DNA of 64,000 nucleotides from Tubiluchus corallicola. Taxonomy: Eukaryota > Animalia > Priapulida. Below the pieces are notes generated by a model. The model saw only the letters and a program-made list of their open reading frames with translations, searched no databases and was not told the DNA's origin. The stretch covers positions 186,001 to 250,000 of the forward strand of contig JAQGDQ010000070.1 of assembly GCA_030141605.1 (NCBI GenBank). Direction: 5' to 3'. Positions 29,676 through 44,450 of this stretch are shown here, one piece after another (position 1 is the first letter of the stretch; each line of letters begins with the position of its first letter). The translations under genes and the position numbers were made by a program.

Positions 29676-32174
29676 TATGTCATAGTGTAAGCGTACATGC
29701 AAATGGTTCTGTCTGTGTATGTTTGTCAGTGGTGTATGTATGGCACAGTGTAAGCGACATGCAAACAGTGTCGTATCGCAATTGCGCGTGCGTGCATGCT
29801 GGCATGCGCGAACGTGTTAACGCATTTGCGTGTACATTGCAGATTATGAGATAACGAGCGTTTGGCTTATTTTTATTCGTGCGTGTTTTGCCCGCGTCGC
29901 TTTGTAATTTCCATTTAATTTACTAGGTTGTTTGCATTCAGTATGCAGCTGCTTCTAGTTTAGAGGTAATTGAGGTACAACTCTGCCAGCTCGCACTAAT
30001 TTCCTTTCTCCGGTAAATAAATCTATCTCTGCTTGCCTCACGCGTTTCCTGGAGATTCATATCAGCACCCCCTCGTGTCTTTTTTATCATGTGCGTGCAA
30101 AACATCCCAGGGACAAATGAAGACCGTATTCAAGTCAGAAAAACGCTTCAATAATCAAAATTATTCTAATTAATTACGAAAGAAATAACTAGAATGTAGT
30201 AAGAATTTGATAAACGTACTAAGTTATGTGAAAAGTGCATATAAATTCAATTGAATGGAAATAGATCTTATAAACAATAATATACCTATAACGCAGGAAT
30301 TCTCAACTTTTTTTCGTTAAGCATCACCACAATTGTCGGACTTTCGGCCCTACTCCACGAAAGAATTTCTTCAATTATTTAACATAAACTCAATACAGAA
30401 TAATAATATATTAAGACTAATTAAATGCCAAATTTAACCGCAATGAGTTTCAAATTGTTTATAGATAAATTGTAATCACTGTATTCAAAAGTTAAACATT
30501 GACGTACTATATTTAGGTAAACAGGAAGTGCTTAAATTAAGACAATGTGGCAGTAAGTAGGCCAATGTGAGTATACTTACTATTACTTACAAGCTAGCTG
30601 ACTGCAATCATCAACTACCCGAAGTCAAAATACAATTGAATTGCAGCTTCTACGAAGAATAAATTCCATATAAACATACAGGCATAGAAATAAATCAGAC
30701 TACAGGCAAAATATGATCAATAGGGCTATACACAAAAACGCAATTATTGCTGAATATAACGATCATTCAGAACTGCTGTTTGAATGTGAAGTCATGAACC
30801 AAACTGATGTGGCGCACAGATCTACAATAGCCACTTTTGATCTCTGCAGAATATCAGTACTATTTTGCTAGTCCATCTAAGTACCCTTCTAAATCCCTTG
30901 GAGTTCGTGAACCCCTTCCTGTCTTCCCTGCATGCACAGTGTTGTCGCAGAAATGTTTCGTAATGATTGCATGACCCACCAATCACTTCCATAAAAGCAC
31001 AATTTAATGAATAGGTTAATGCACTAGAGTAACTAGATTACAGCGACTTTTGGGCAGGAGACATAGAGACATACAAAAAACAAAAAACCAGCTTACATCA
31101 CCTTGCCCTTAGAGAACAATACAAGATTCCCAGACTGGATGTTGATGGGTGGTCAATAGTTCTTGCAGGATAATGTTCTGGACATTTGTCAGTAAAACTA
31201 ATTTGCTCATCATTAACAGTAATTAACAGAAAGACATTAGACCATAAATAAAGACAAGACAAGGAGTCATTGAAGAAGAATACATTGAAGGGGGTCTGTA
31301 TTGCATAACTTGAAATTTGTTGCCCTGGCTGGGAGCATAATGAAGGGAGGAGTAAATGTTGGCAGGAGGTCCATCACTCCCGCGCCCTTGCAAAGGAATT
31401 GGATATCCATGTTAGCTGAAGTATGTACTGTATCATTTCATTCAGTACACTGATTAGGGTATCTGCTGTATAAATGGTATTATATGGAAAAGGCTCTTAT
31501 ATTAAGATAATAAAGTATACCTAACTTTTATAATGATGCAAAACCCATATTAAGTTTTTGAAACCAAACCCGAAAACATTAAAAGTTGAATTTGAATATT
31601 TTCCGTCAATTCACACGCGATACAGACCCTAAATTAGAAGCAGGGACCTTCTGCGTGCAATAACAGGTCACTGTTTTGTGGTGGGTCGCTTGGGTGTTGG
31701 TCCAGTCCAAAACAGTGACCTAGGTAATAATTTCTTGAGTGTCATTTCAGTCATGCTGTGGTAATTCTTGCTGAAAAATTTCTAAACATTTTGTGCCTTT
31801 ATTTCGCCAAGATTTCGGTAATCCCTCTGGTTCTTTTCAACCCAGCAGGTGGTTGCGCTATTCTTCACAATACGGTTATCGCGTGCTATGAGAGGATGTG
31901 AGTTAGCTAATTTTGACGTACTTCTGTAGGGCGTTTTCACTATCACACAATGTAGCTAGCCAAAGATTGTGGTGAGAGATAGACATCCTGAGCATTGAAT
32001 GATGCAGCCCTTTTTATTGCTGCAAGCACCGACATAGTAATTTTACTGTGGCCTCCCTGTGGCGTTAATAAGCAGGAAAACATGCACCAACTGTGTGGGG
32101 TTTTATCCATTTGAATCGGCTTTGTTGATATTTTAAATTAGCTTTGAATAAAGCACAGCGCCTTTCTGCAAGAA

Positions 32175-32451
32175 AGTGTATATTATTCCCGTAAGCCAGT
32201 GTACTTTCTCGAGTAATGCTTCGTGCTGTAAAGCACTGCACTTTTCTGTAAAGCAGTGTATGTTATTCCCGTAAGCCAATGTTCTCAAGTAATGCTTCGT
32301 CCTGTAAAGCAGTGTCATTTATTCCCGTAAGCCAATGTACTTTTTTCGAGTAATGCTTCGTCCTGTAAAGTAATGCTTCGTACTGTAAAGCAGTGTATTT
32401 ATTCCCGTAAGCCAATGTACTTTCTCGAGTAATGCTTCGTCCTGTAAAGCA
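32175..32451. repeat. Irregular minisatellite, 4 copies (core ttcccgtaagccaatgtactttctcgagtaatgcttcgtcctgtaaagc)
   Basis: The core recurs at about 32186, 32266, 32322 and 32402 (spacing 80/56/80). Confidence 0.88.
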
Positions 32452-35400
32452 TTACTGCAATTTGCGTGTAAAATGAGTTGTTTTCCTGTGAAGTTTGTAA
32501 AAAATCCGTCTTCCCTGAAGCGCGCCTTCTTAATAAAACATTATAGCTTTTTGTATGACACTGCATCTTCCTTTAGAGCTGTGCAGCTTTCTGCAAAGTA
32601 TTACATCTTCCCGTAAATCAGTGCAATCTATGTTAAGGTGGAACACGGTTTTTAAAGTGGTGCATCTTTCCTGTAATCCACCTTCCGTTAAAACAATGAC
32701 TACAATGTGCACAGCGAATATTTCTTGTGGAAACAGTGTATATGACAGTAATTTCAGTAAGGAACTTTACTCTTTTTTGAAGAGGTGCATCATGTTCGTT
32801 TGAAGTAGTGATTGTTTCGCAGAACAGTGCGTCTTTCTGTAAAAGGATTCATGCATTTTGCAGGATTGTGAATTTAGCGACATTTTCAAAGAGTAGTCTC
32901 TAAAGATCAGTTTGTGATTAATTTTATTTAATGTCGATTAGTTATATAAATAACACGAGAAATTAAAGCTCTTTATCGACAAAAGATCTTTGTTTCTGGG
33001 TTTTTAAATGTACCAAATAATGTTTATGTTTATTACCAACTCACAGCCATGTTTATTCACAAAATGAAACTCATGTGCACGTCTAAATGTTAGACACATG
33101 AATGACATGTTAAACAAAGGAATGTCTGTGTCATTTGGAGAGCTGGAAAACAGATTGGCTTCTACTGTGATGAGTGTTATGGGGGTGGTGGTGGTGGTGG
33201 TGGAGGGGGCGTTCTGAGGCTGATTAAACAAACAAAGGTTGTAATTAGTCTGTCAAATTACATGAGAGGTGCTTTCGCTGATTAACGCATATGGTGACAG
33301 AATTCTGATTAATAGACATTTTGCCTTTTGTTTTCATAAGGTTACCAATTTGCCATGTCTTTTCTTTTTTCATTCATACCTGGCGCAGCTTGTGCTGATT
33401 ACAGGTACTTTCTGCTACTCTCTCATTTTTGGTCAATTTTGTGATATGAGTCGAAGGATTAAATTTTTGTTAAAAGTTGGCAAGTGTAAGATGTTTGGAT
33501 CTTGTAAGCTGCTAGTGAATTAAGTCAAATGAAATTAATTAAAGTTCTCTTCTTTGCTAATCAAGTACTATAGAAGCCAAGAATAAAGAGACGAACAATA
33601 TTAATAAAGCATGCAAGGAAAATAAGACTAAAAGATAAAATATATGAAAAATTTATTGGTAATTTTCAGTACTCAAATTAAGAACGTTTATGTCAGTGGT
33701 AGGATTTAGAATGTCTATAAGAGTGAATTACTTTAGTTGTTCATTAAATATTTTCATCCTAACTTTAAGTAGTAAGCTAATTCAAATTTCTGCTTTCGCT
33801 ACACAAGTAATTTTCGCATAAAAACTTTTTGCATTTTCTATTTATTTAAAGCAGAAACTGTCCGCATGTGAAATTAATTACTTCAGTAAAAACCGCTGTG
33901 TAAACACTGGCAGCCAGAAATCGACTAGAATTATTATGTAATTGAGTTGTGCATGTTTCCATTTAAAAACTCTGCTGCCTCAAAGACCGCCATCAAAGCT
34001 CTTCTGTTTGCTACAGCTAATTCGTGTGTACAGTTTAGAGGCAATTTAAATAATTGAAGTGCACAGTATAGAGATGCAGAAATTGTCGTCTCCTTTGAGA
34101 GGATTTTCATAATGCACGTCCATGCGGTTGTGGCCAACCTCTTTTGACAGTAAGAAAATTCGAAGACTTGGCAAACAAAAATTTACAAAATTTCTAATGA
34201 TTTTTTTGAATCCACCCACCAGGATATATTGATAAATGGGTGGATGCACATAATTTGTAGTAAAACAGTGGAAGCCATTGTTTCATGTTTAAAGCGGAAA
34301 GGTAGTAATTAGAAGCAAATGCAGAGAGTAGACATCCGCTGGCCTGCACGATAAAAATGACACAGGCAGGCACGGATTATAACATTTTTGGGAGCCCTAA
34401 GCTAATGAAATTATGGGCCCTCTCAGAAGAGCCACCCTGTAACTCGCCCGGCCCGAATCCCGTCTTAGGATAATATAAGAAATACCTCCGGTTGGGACGA
34501 ATGACTAAGAGTTATTTGCAGGTTCCATTTCGATGAATTCTCGCTTGGAAAACTGTGTATAAACTTTTTTATGTATAGCCTTATAAGCTAATTTCATTAT
34601 GTAAATACTGTATATCTGTCTATAATTATGGATGTCAAAAGGGTCAAAGACTTGTAATACTAAGTAGGATATTCGTGATCTGTTGATTATAAATTTATTT
34701 TATGAACAAAATATTTTTTGAATTATTTTGCTTGTCTGTGTAGTAATTAATTATTTATATAGGTATATTTTTGTATGTTTGTCTGCTCCTCTCCGTTTTA
34801 TGTTTTTCCTACCAGAAAATCAGAATAACATGTCTAGGATTGTTTGGCTTGGGCGGAGGCTGTTTCCTACTAAATGCAGTTTAGTTTTACGTATGTGCCG
34901 TTTTTATCTACTTTTCCATTTGTGCCCTTTTTCCTGTGCCATTTTATCTACATTCGTCATTCAGTGCCCTTGCAGCCAAGACAAATACTTTGTGATCGGT
35001 CTTCTTTGTGCACTTTGTGATGTTGTGCACCCTTTTTCAGTCCTAGATCAATGCATTTCAGGTGAAGATTTTTGTGTCCATCGATACTTTTTCAAGTTTT
35101 TGTATACATCAGTAACGTTTTGGTTTACGTTTATAATGTGATATACATTGAAATTGAATCCTTTACTAAGAAATCCTTGTTTTCTTCCATGCAATTTGCG
35201 CTTTCTATGTATCATTCAACAGGATATCGTGAAGTTGAAGATTTTCAGAGAATAAATAAAAATTTCACACGTGAAGTTATTGCTGCTTCACGTGATACTA
35301 AAGAATCTTGCACGTAGGAAACAGCAGTAATTCTTGCAAACGACATCACGCCATACTCTTCCAGCAAAAGGGTTTATGACTTTTCATAGTGTGTGTATAG

Positions 35401-35455
35401 CTTTTCAGCAGCAATGTCCATTCTAGGGTAGATGGGACAAGGAGAATATGGTATG

Positions 35456-35517
35456 CGAAGTTAACCAGTGTCAAGCCTGGCTGGATGGGTGACCACCGAG
35501 AATACTGGTATTGGAGA
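35456..35517 (+). pseudogene. 5S rRNA-derived fragment (pseudogene or SINE3-type head)
   Basis: cgaagttaaccagtgtcaagcctgg-ctggatgggtgaccaccgagaatactggt aligns by eye to the 3' half of metazoan 5S (CGAAGYTAAGCAG..GCCTGG..TGGATGGGWGACC..GAATAC). It has an internal deletion and no intact 5' half. Confidence 0.6.
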
Positions 35518-37871
35518 TGTCTGTACATGGCTAAGGCGTGGTTTTGTTATCTTTTCCCAGAGGATTATTGCCAATAATGAACTACAGTCCTGTCCCACCA
35601 CAATCATCAACAATACTAGGATTTGATACACACTGACACGGATACTAGCTGCAGAATGGTGTGCCAAATGGCGTAGAAAATGGATGGTAGATAAGATTTG
35701 TGGCCTAATTTCATAAGCTTTAGTTGTGGAAACTTTTTCTTTTTCGCATCATCATTTTTAAATATATTATTTTATTAAACTAAAAAAGTTTGAGCTGAGT
35801 TGACTATAATTGTTTCAAGTTGGAAATCTTTTTTTCTTTAAGAAAAGTTTCCATCACGTGTTATTTTTCTTTACATAGAGGAGACATTTGGTTATTTGTA
35901 CGAGAGCTCAGCTTCAGCGGATTCATTTAGGGATGCGGAAAGTGAAACCACCCCTACTGTTGGTTCAAGTAATGTTCGATCCGTCATGTAATGTAATGAA
36001 ACTGAGTCGACGGACATGCTAACTTTTCGGTGAAGCCTCATTATTGAATATAGATAATAACAAATCTTTGATTAACTAGTTTTACTCCGTTTTTGAGGTT
36101 ACTCAATTCTGGGACGGTTATTGACTTAACCATGAAAAAACAGGCGCATACAATGACTAATAAAAGGCATTAGGTTCTTTCATTAGATGTGCATGCATGT
36201 TTTGATTTACGCCCTCCTGCGGATACGGTTTCACTCTTTTTCCGGATTTTAACGATTCGCTGAAGACAAATTGTTTGAATTTGCTACGTTTGTTTACAAG
36301 TCGTCTATCGATTTCTTCTCCCTATCATTTTAGTAATTGATCAGGCCATCAATCTTACTCAGCTTGTAGTCGATGATAGGTTGAATTCTCGCAAAAACGA
36401 CGCACCGATCTGCTTCATTAACACGACGACTTTGGCATGCAACTGTCTCTAGACGAAGTTTTCCACCCACTTGTAGAGAGAAGAATGGAAGAAGAGGAAG
36501 ACTGAAAAGAAAGAGGTTTCTTGAGGTCAGTCAAGCTTTTGCGTGATTGTGAGAACTGTTGCCAGATAAAGCCAAGTTGCCAAAGGAAGATTAATGTTGT
36601 TCAATTCACAAACGCGTGGTTCTTGAAAAACACGTTGTTCAAAAGCTAGATTTAAGAATGCGATTGGCCTGTCCAAAATATCTTGAAAATTTAAAAAATT
36701 TAGTGTTTCGTCTTATTTTCACTATCTTAATCGGGAATGCGCCAGTAAAATGGCTTCCAATGTCCCCCAACTAGCTTCAGTAGACAGTTGAGGATCGTTT
36801 TTGTTACTGTGGCAGTGAATTGTTCCCCCATCTGAGGGTATATTGTGTAACTGTCTGATTAAAGGCGTCTTATATACGCATCTTGTGTCAGTAGCCTGGC
36901 TGTGCACTGCGTCAGTGCGGGATAATGTTACACAATATATCCTAATTAACGAACCCTGCATCCTTGTGGTAACAACTATAGAGGTCGAATTAATAAGTGA
37001 AACTAGATGTCTTTCTAGTAGTGCTCCCCCGATGTTTTGAACAAAGCTTAAAATTAAGTAAAATTACTTTTGCTGCCATGTTATTTAGTTACTAATTCTT
37101 ATTCTGCCATTAGTTGGAAATTGGCCTGGAGACATTTGGTCTGTATTTGAAACTGTTATCATACATTATGCATGAACTGGGACATATGACGCGCCACCTG
37201 TTGACTGACCAGAGACTTTTTTGTTGCGCTTGTAGGCACGGGCTTGGTACCTTTTTGTAAATTTGGAAAAGTATTTTACTCTCGTAATTTCGTTATTCAT
37301 TTATCTGCATAAACTTCCCATTCTCGATATAAAACAGATTTGATATAATTTTTCTTCTTACTTTGATAGCTGCTTTATCCTAGAAGCAATTTTGTGTAAG
37401 GTCTTTCCTTTTTGGTAACGCACCATAAACAGTTGCCTAAGCTTTTTTAAAGTACATATGTCTGTTAAAAGTTGTACGATATTAAAAACCAATGCTTTTA
37501 ATTTCATTGTTATCAACAATTTTTTGTGTATGACATATATCGTTTTGGTCTCTCTCTCTAATGTTATTTCTACTATGTAAATAATTTCAACATATTTTTT
37601 TCTTTTCACTGTTTTTTACATATAGATCGTATTCTTAGTTTTTTATTTATTTGTCTTAATATAAATCGTTAGTTTATTAACCCATTGCTATAGCAGTGAA
37701 ATGTTCTTGGAAAGGGGATTACTAAGATTACTCAGAGATTGAGCATCTAACTGTAATGTCATCGAACTAGAAACGGCAACTTACTAGAATCAACATTCTC
37801 CCTTTAGCGGATAATAATACCAATTGTGCAGTCGACATTGGCCGTTTCTTTGTTTTAACCTGCTATTCTCT

Positions 37872-37916
37872 GCTGGAGGGTACACATACAGTACGCTGGA
37901 GGGTACACATACAGTA
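37872..37916. repeat. 23-bp exact tandem duplication
   Basis: gctggagggtacacatacagta occurs twice in tandem. Confidence 0.9.
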
Positions 37917-38178
37917 TATACTACATGCAGATTAGTCTTGCAGTCGCCATATTTGACGAAGTACTACCGTTGTGCCATCGTGGTGTTTTGTTCGTAGTTT
38001 GCACCTATGAGCAAAGTCATAAGTTATAAGAAACTGCTTGAGAAATTGTTCATCAAAATAATAATTTTTGCCATTTGAAATCGTAACATATGGGTTACCT
38101 TCCGTTTCTTTTTTCAAGTCTTGTTGGTTGTTGTTGCACAAAAAATATCAAGAACTTTTTTTACTATTTCTCAAAGGA

Positions 38179-38547
38179 GGGTGACCGGTAATAAGGTCAC
38201 ACGAAAAGTCACAGAAAAAAAATCACACAGTTAATTTTTGGTGGCCGGAAAAAGTCACAATTTTGGCTGGGAAAGATAATCAAATAAAAATATTCTAGTC
38301 ATTTAAAATTTATTTGTGTTTAAGTACCATACATAATTAAAGTAATAAAGCAGAAACTATTTTAAATCAGTTATTAACGCGCAATATATGACTTGTACAT
38401 ATTGACAACACTGCAATATGTCACTATAACATAACTATATGTTGGCATTACATGTATCTAAAAAATTCGCGTTTTGTTCAATATCTTAGGTTTAGGGTTA
38501 TTTCTTTTTTCCTGTGACAATTTTCTGTCACCTTTTTAGCTGGATTC
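38179..38547 (+). mobile_element. Interspersed non-autonomous repeat, copy 1
   Basis: Starts gggtgaccggtaataa.gtcac, carries repeated aaaagtcac motifs, internal ttagggttatttcttttttcctgtg, and ends tggattc. Ends are shared with the copy at 49331. Confidence 0.7.
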
Positions 38548-41500
38548 TCCTTAAGTTGGGGTTTTTAAACACACAGTTCTTGGTTGACGCGCGACCGCCA
38601 GACGGCACTCAGACTTAGCAAAAATGTCTTTGTCTGGAGTGTCTTTCGGGCTTTTAAGACACTGTCCTGTTGGTAATTAGTTTTCGTGCGGAAACTTTTT
38701 CTGCTCTATGATGAAAAGGGTGGATTTTCTAAAAAAAAAGAGCTTTACCATATGCCACAGCGTTTAACGGTGTTTTCGTAAATTTTATGACATTTATGTC
38801 GGCTCGAGGATAGTTGCCATCTGCTTACAGTCAGTTGACGTTAAACTATCTATCTACTAATTCGCAAGTAAAGATCACGATGCTAAAGATCCGCCACCAA
38901 CCGGTAGTATGGAGTCACCCGCCTACAGTGAATTACTTCGAAGAATGGCCTGTTGTTTCGTCATCTGATACTTGGTCGAGATGACAAAGGCTCCTTATTA
39001 GGAAGCCTTGCCCCTCACACTAACAGCCTATTAACTTAGAAAGACAAAAATAATTTGTCATTGACGGGGATTGTTTATGTAATAAAACATGAAGAAGAAT
39101 CGGATGCTTAAAGGAAAAATGAGACGCGTAAATAGACAATGTGAGAAAGTGTGGGGAAAGAAAACTACATAAGTGGGTATTAGAATATGTGAGTGATATA
39201 TTTCGGTTTTACTGAAGCAAATTTCGATTTATCGGAAACTTTATTTACAGTTAACGGGTCCGTAATCCTTTTACATACATTCTGTATGTACTCAGCACAC
39301 GAGTAATTTAAATCATCATACAATATCTGTAAACCAAACTACCTGGTAATGTTGATTTTCTAATTCGTATAATTGATATAAAGGTCTTGATTCTCAAGTC
39401 CATAAATGTGGGTAATTTTATAGTGTAGCGTATACATCCGATCCCATAATTTCCTGCATACTTGGCTTCATCTAAATGGCTTCTCTGTTGCCTGTAATTA
39501 AGTGTTGGATAAGGTCCTTTTCATACCAACCCTTCTGCGCCCACAAGTGAAACGGCAAACAATTAAAAGCGCGCCTAATTGACTTTGCCTGTTCTGCCAT
39601 GCAGAGTTGAAGTTGCAGCAGCAAGATTTCAGCCATCTTGAGGGAGTCACTAGCCTCGTAATTTGATTCACCCTCCCGGGTCTGACTCGGATTACATTAT
39701 CGTGTTTGCGTGACCTATGCTTACGTGGTAACGAACGGTTATCTGATCGCAGATGTCCAGATAGTTTCCGGACAGCCCACTAGGGGTTTGATCTTGCTGC
39801 AGACAGTCTTGCTGGCATGTTATCTGGCTTCTATAGAAACCTACACAGAATTTCGATATCTTGTCACAGGAAAGGTGTACTTGTGTTTAATAGCTGTGGA
39901 CTTGTGGTTGAAAGGCCAGAGAGACTAAGGTCGTAGCATGACATTTTGTTGTTCTTTTGTCCCTCTCAAGTACACCTCAAAAACAAAAGGTCACAGTGAA
40001 AGACAATTTGACAATAAATGGGTATAACTCATATAAATTGGTAAAACATGTATGAGATCTTAAAAACTAAGAAAAAGCTCAACATTACAAGAACACTGTT
40101 TGACACTTCGAAATATGAATTATCGCTAAGGTAGACATTCAAAGCCCCTTACGTATCAGAATTAGTATTGTTCAAGATCTGTAAATCAAAAGGCTCGTAT
40201 GGTAACTCTAAAACATCCTCAGCCCCACAATTCATACCCCAACCTCAACCCACGTCTTTCAGAGCTTGTAGGGGTGTGGATTGTGAAGGTTTTTAGAACC
40301 AGTCGTGTCACTGTTGGGGCCTTTAGTTTAGGTCTCGACCATGTTTCAGTCAGCAAGGCTGACTTGTTGATTCCGCTCTGATTACAGCTGATCTGTTGTG
40401 TGTTTGGAAATGGTCGTAGTAAATTAGACCACATCCCGAAAACATGTATTCAATCAACTTTAGGCAACAATCCGGGAAATTGATGTCACCCACAATCAGC
40501 GATTCGATCAGTAACCCTTTCAACGTTCTGCTTTGACATTGTGTGGGTTTATTGTGCTGTTTTAGCGCATGGTTACTGGAAAGCGTCTTAGGTGACAGTT
40601 TAAATTTATTTACAAAAACGCAAGATCAGCAATGACAGATAATTTCCAACGTTTAACACGCAGCAAAGGTCGATGTGCTTCACCAAAAGATTGATCCCTA
40701 TTGTTATTGGCACTTTTTAGGCTAAATTTTCTGAAGTCTTTCTATTCCCTGTCTCTCTTTTTCTTTTTCTGTCTCTATCTCCCCTCCTCGTCCCCTCTTT
40801 CTCTTCCCCGGATCTCTATCCCTCATTTTCTTTGTTTTTCATCGCTCCCTTCAAAGCCGTGCTCGTAAAATTTCATGCCATTAAGAATGCCGTTAGTTTC
40901 ATGATCCTACAGTCGGCCCTATAAACGCAATTACAATCTAGTAGAGAGTGCAGTGACCATTAGCACTGTTACAGCTTCCAATCCCATTTACACTCGCGCG
41001 AATGTGATACCGCACTTGAACGCCAGGAGGCGCAGTTCTTTGTATCACTACCCCGTTTCCGCTATGTTTCTGAAGCCATACGTCCTCTAATCCGCCGTGT
41101 GGTGCTGTGTTTGTTTAAAGACTCACTATTTTATGCCTCATGCATATTGCATGTCTAAATGCCACATGCTCTGTCTAAACTTTGTGTATACACATTGCCT
41201 CTTTCTCTCACAGCTTTTTTTATTGACGTAAAATACGTCTTGCCACGAATAGCTTATTTTTTGTGCCCGTCATTCTGGCAGCTCGTTGAATTCAAGATTT
41301 CCCAGTACATGTATTTATGAACTCAGAAATTTCGACTAGAACAGGAAATCAACTGTTCGATTGTTTTCTAGCCAGCTCCCGACTGTTGCTGGCTTCAGTG
41401 TGACGTACCGTACTATTGATATATTTGGCCAGGCCAGGTTGCCCTTGAAAATGATCTTGTGCATGTTTTTATACAGGTGTTGCATATTGAGACAGGTGAA

Positions 41501-43974
41501 TGATGGTACAGACGCGGCATTAGGGTTGACAGTTAGTATTTTTATGCAGTTGTTCAGAACTCTGCAAGAGAGAATCGGGCACTTAGCGTCAAGTCTAACC
41601 AAATGCAAATAATTGTAACAGTATCGGTAATTGGGAAGGGGTAGGATACAAGGTTAAGGCAATAAAACAAAGTTTGTTTCAATGTGTCATTGTTTAAAGG
41701 TATGATTTCTGTTTTCAATTTTTTAACAATTAAACTGCACCGACAAAACTATTGCCGCTTCCGAAATGTTTTATAATTTTGCACTTGGCGGCTCTTTTGC
41801 ATCCAGAAGTCCTGTCGGTCAAGAGGTGAAATAAGTGCACTGGACATGCGAATCCGGAGAAATGCGAAACCACTGGCTATTTTTCTTCCCTTTAGCCTTC
41901 CTTTATTCACTGTCGGGTCGATTGTGCTTTAGAGGATGCCGACATGTCTTCTTGTCGTGTCGGCATGATAACATTAGCTATTTGTCAACCATTAACCGCA
42001 GTGAATGCCGGGAAGGGTCTAGTCCATTTACGAGGACACGGACACCATGTTTGCTTATCATCAGTGGTTTCGTGCGCTGGATGGAAGCTCTTTGTTCTCA
42101 GTAACCCAGAAACAGCTCTTATCCTGCTTCTGTTGATTCAGTGTTATAGTTCGGTGTTACATATACATGTATGTATATGTGTGTGTCGTAAAGACGCATG
42201 TGCAAACAGCGCCTAATTGTATACAAAATATAAATGTATATCCTCGAATAAAATTTAGCGATATAAGTTTGAATATTGGGGCTAGAAAATACTTTGTTTT
42301 TTCTTTAATGAAGTTAGGTGAACTCAAAAAAGATATGTAGTGAATCTTTGGACAAATTTTCAGTTAGATCGCTTCCTTCTGTAACTTCCAATAGCTTCAC
42401 TAATAACGCTTCTCTTGTAAGGCTCACAATGTACTTTCACAATGCTTTTGTAAATTGTTGGGAAGTTTTCTTTGTGAAATAGCCATGGTTTTTTCTTAGA
42501 AAATTGAGAAACAAGATGTTTGCAAATATAAGCAAACATTTTATAAAAGTTTATTGTCGTATAAGTAGCGTGATTTGTTGGTCTACGGACAAGACATAAA
42601 AATAGCGGTCTGGAGAGCATCGAGGACTAACATACGAGGCTTCGTTCCTTAATAATGTTTACAAATGCGACCTCAGTCTTTAAGAAAAATACAAGTAGAG
42701 ATTGTAAGAAAAAAACCTGGATTGCACTTATAGATAGTCGAAACTATGAATGTATTGTATAAATGGCGTCGTGCTGAGTCAGCAACTTGGTATCAGCTTA
42801 GCGCAACTAAATGCAGCATTTATGGCGATGATGGAAACGTGTAGCAGATAAAATACTTAAATGTGTACGAGACTTGTCGCTATTTTCTTTGTTTCGCGCA
42901 TAGTCACTCATTATAGGTGTTTACTTAGGGCTAATTGAGCGTTGTTTTTTTGTGCAATTTGATAACGTTTCTGTTCCACTGAGCGCATTGATTTGTTATA
43001 ATGTAGCTAAATATTGCTAGTACGAATCATAGCGTAGAATTATGTATGCGTATATTTTTTGCTTAAATTCTGCTAAGTTACTACGACTAAATTTTAGAAG
43101 GTGGACTAATTCCTACGCAAATAATACTAGTACCTGTAAAGACACTTTCGCGGTACTGTAAATAATTAATATCGCGTAAGGGCGTTTAGTTACAATTAGG
43201 CATATGCATAATTGAAAATATAATGAATAATTTTGTGTAGGCTACGCCAATTGCTGCTTCATGTCGGCAACGTTCGTAAATATGGGAACTGAAGCAGACA
43301 GAGATGTTTTAATTAGCCTGCTAGACTTGTTATTCCACGTGTATGACGATGTTCTTTACAAACTATTGCATAAGACTCATTCACATTTAGAATTTTAGAT
43401 CTGTCCTGCACAGGAAGTGATCATTGGCGTTCAGTTATAGTACAAAATCCAGTTCGTAGTAGGTGTCGTACAAAAAAGTGATCATTTGAGTTCAGGCACA
43501 GTACAAGTTGTAATTTGTAGTAAGTTACTGTACAACATTATCGAGTTATGAGAGTGTAGTATCAGGCACCTCTCTGGGGAGTATATTAGGGCTTTTTTAT
43601 TTGTATTGCTTGTTAATGATTCGCCAGAAGTCTTGTACATTTTCATCTGTATTTTTCTGAGACTGGGAATGACAAGAACGTAGCCTTTAAACGACGAACA
43701 ACAAATATGCTGTACAGCATACGTTTGTGTATAAATAAACCGGTGCTTTTTTGAAGTCGACCTAGGAGTAAGGGACTTTCGCTTTCTTTGACTACGCTAA
43801 AGCAAAACAAACGCCAAACCGGCGTGTTTATGGCGGTAAAGCATTTAACGACATCAAGCTGATTTGTGAGTCTTGTTCTAATCAAATGGCTTCCTGCTTA
43901 ATTAACTCTCGCTGCAGCTGCGGTAGCCTTGCTTATAAACATCTGTTTAACACTCGTCACATTGACATGTGGCA

Positions 43975-44450
43975 ACAGAATCATCTCAATTTTTTTCATA
44001 TCACGCAGAACCTTTGCATTTTTTCATATGACACAGTACCCTTTCCAATTTTTCATATCACACAGTACCCTTTCCAATTTTTCATATCACACAGTACCCT
44101 TTCCAATTTTTCATATCACACAGAATCTTTTTCAGTTTTTTCATATCACACACAATCTTTCCAATTTTTTCATATCACGCAGAACCTTTCCAATTTTTAA
44201 ATATCACACAGAACTTCTCCAATTTTTTCATATCACACAGTACCGTTTCCAATTTTTTCATATCCCACAGTACCGTTTCCAATTTTTCGTATCACACAGA
44301 ATCTTTTTCAATGTTTTCATATCACACACAATCTTTCCAATTTTTTATATCACACACAAAACCTTTTCCAATTTTTAAATATCACACAGAACCCTTCCCC
44401 ATTGTTTCGTATCACGCAAGAACCCTTTTCAATTTTTTCATATCACACAG
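43975..44450. repeat. ~30-bp minisatellite, about 16 copies (ttccaatttttcatatcacacagtaccct)
   Basis: Tandem degenerate units are visible. Explains ORFs 43886..44200 and 43929..44378. Confidence 0.95.
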
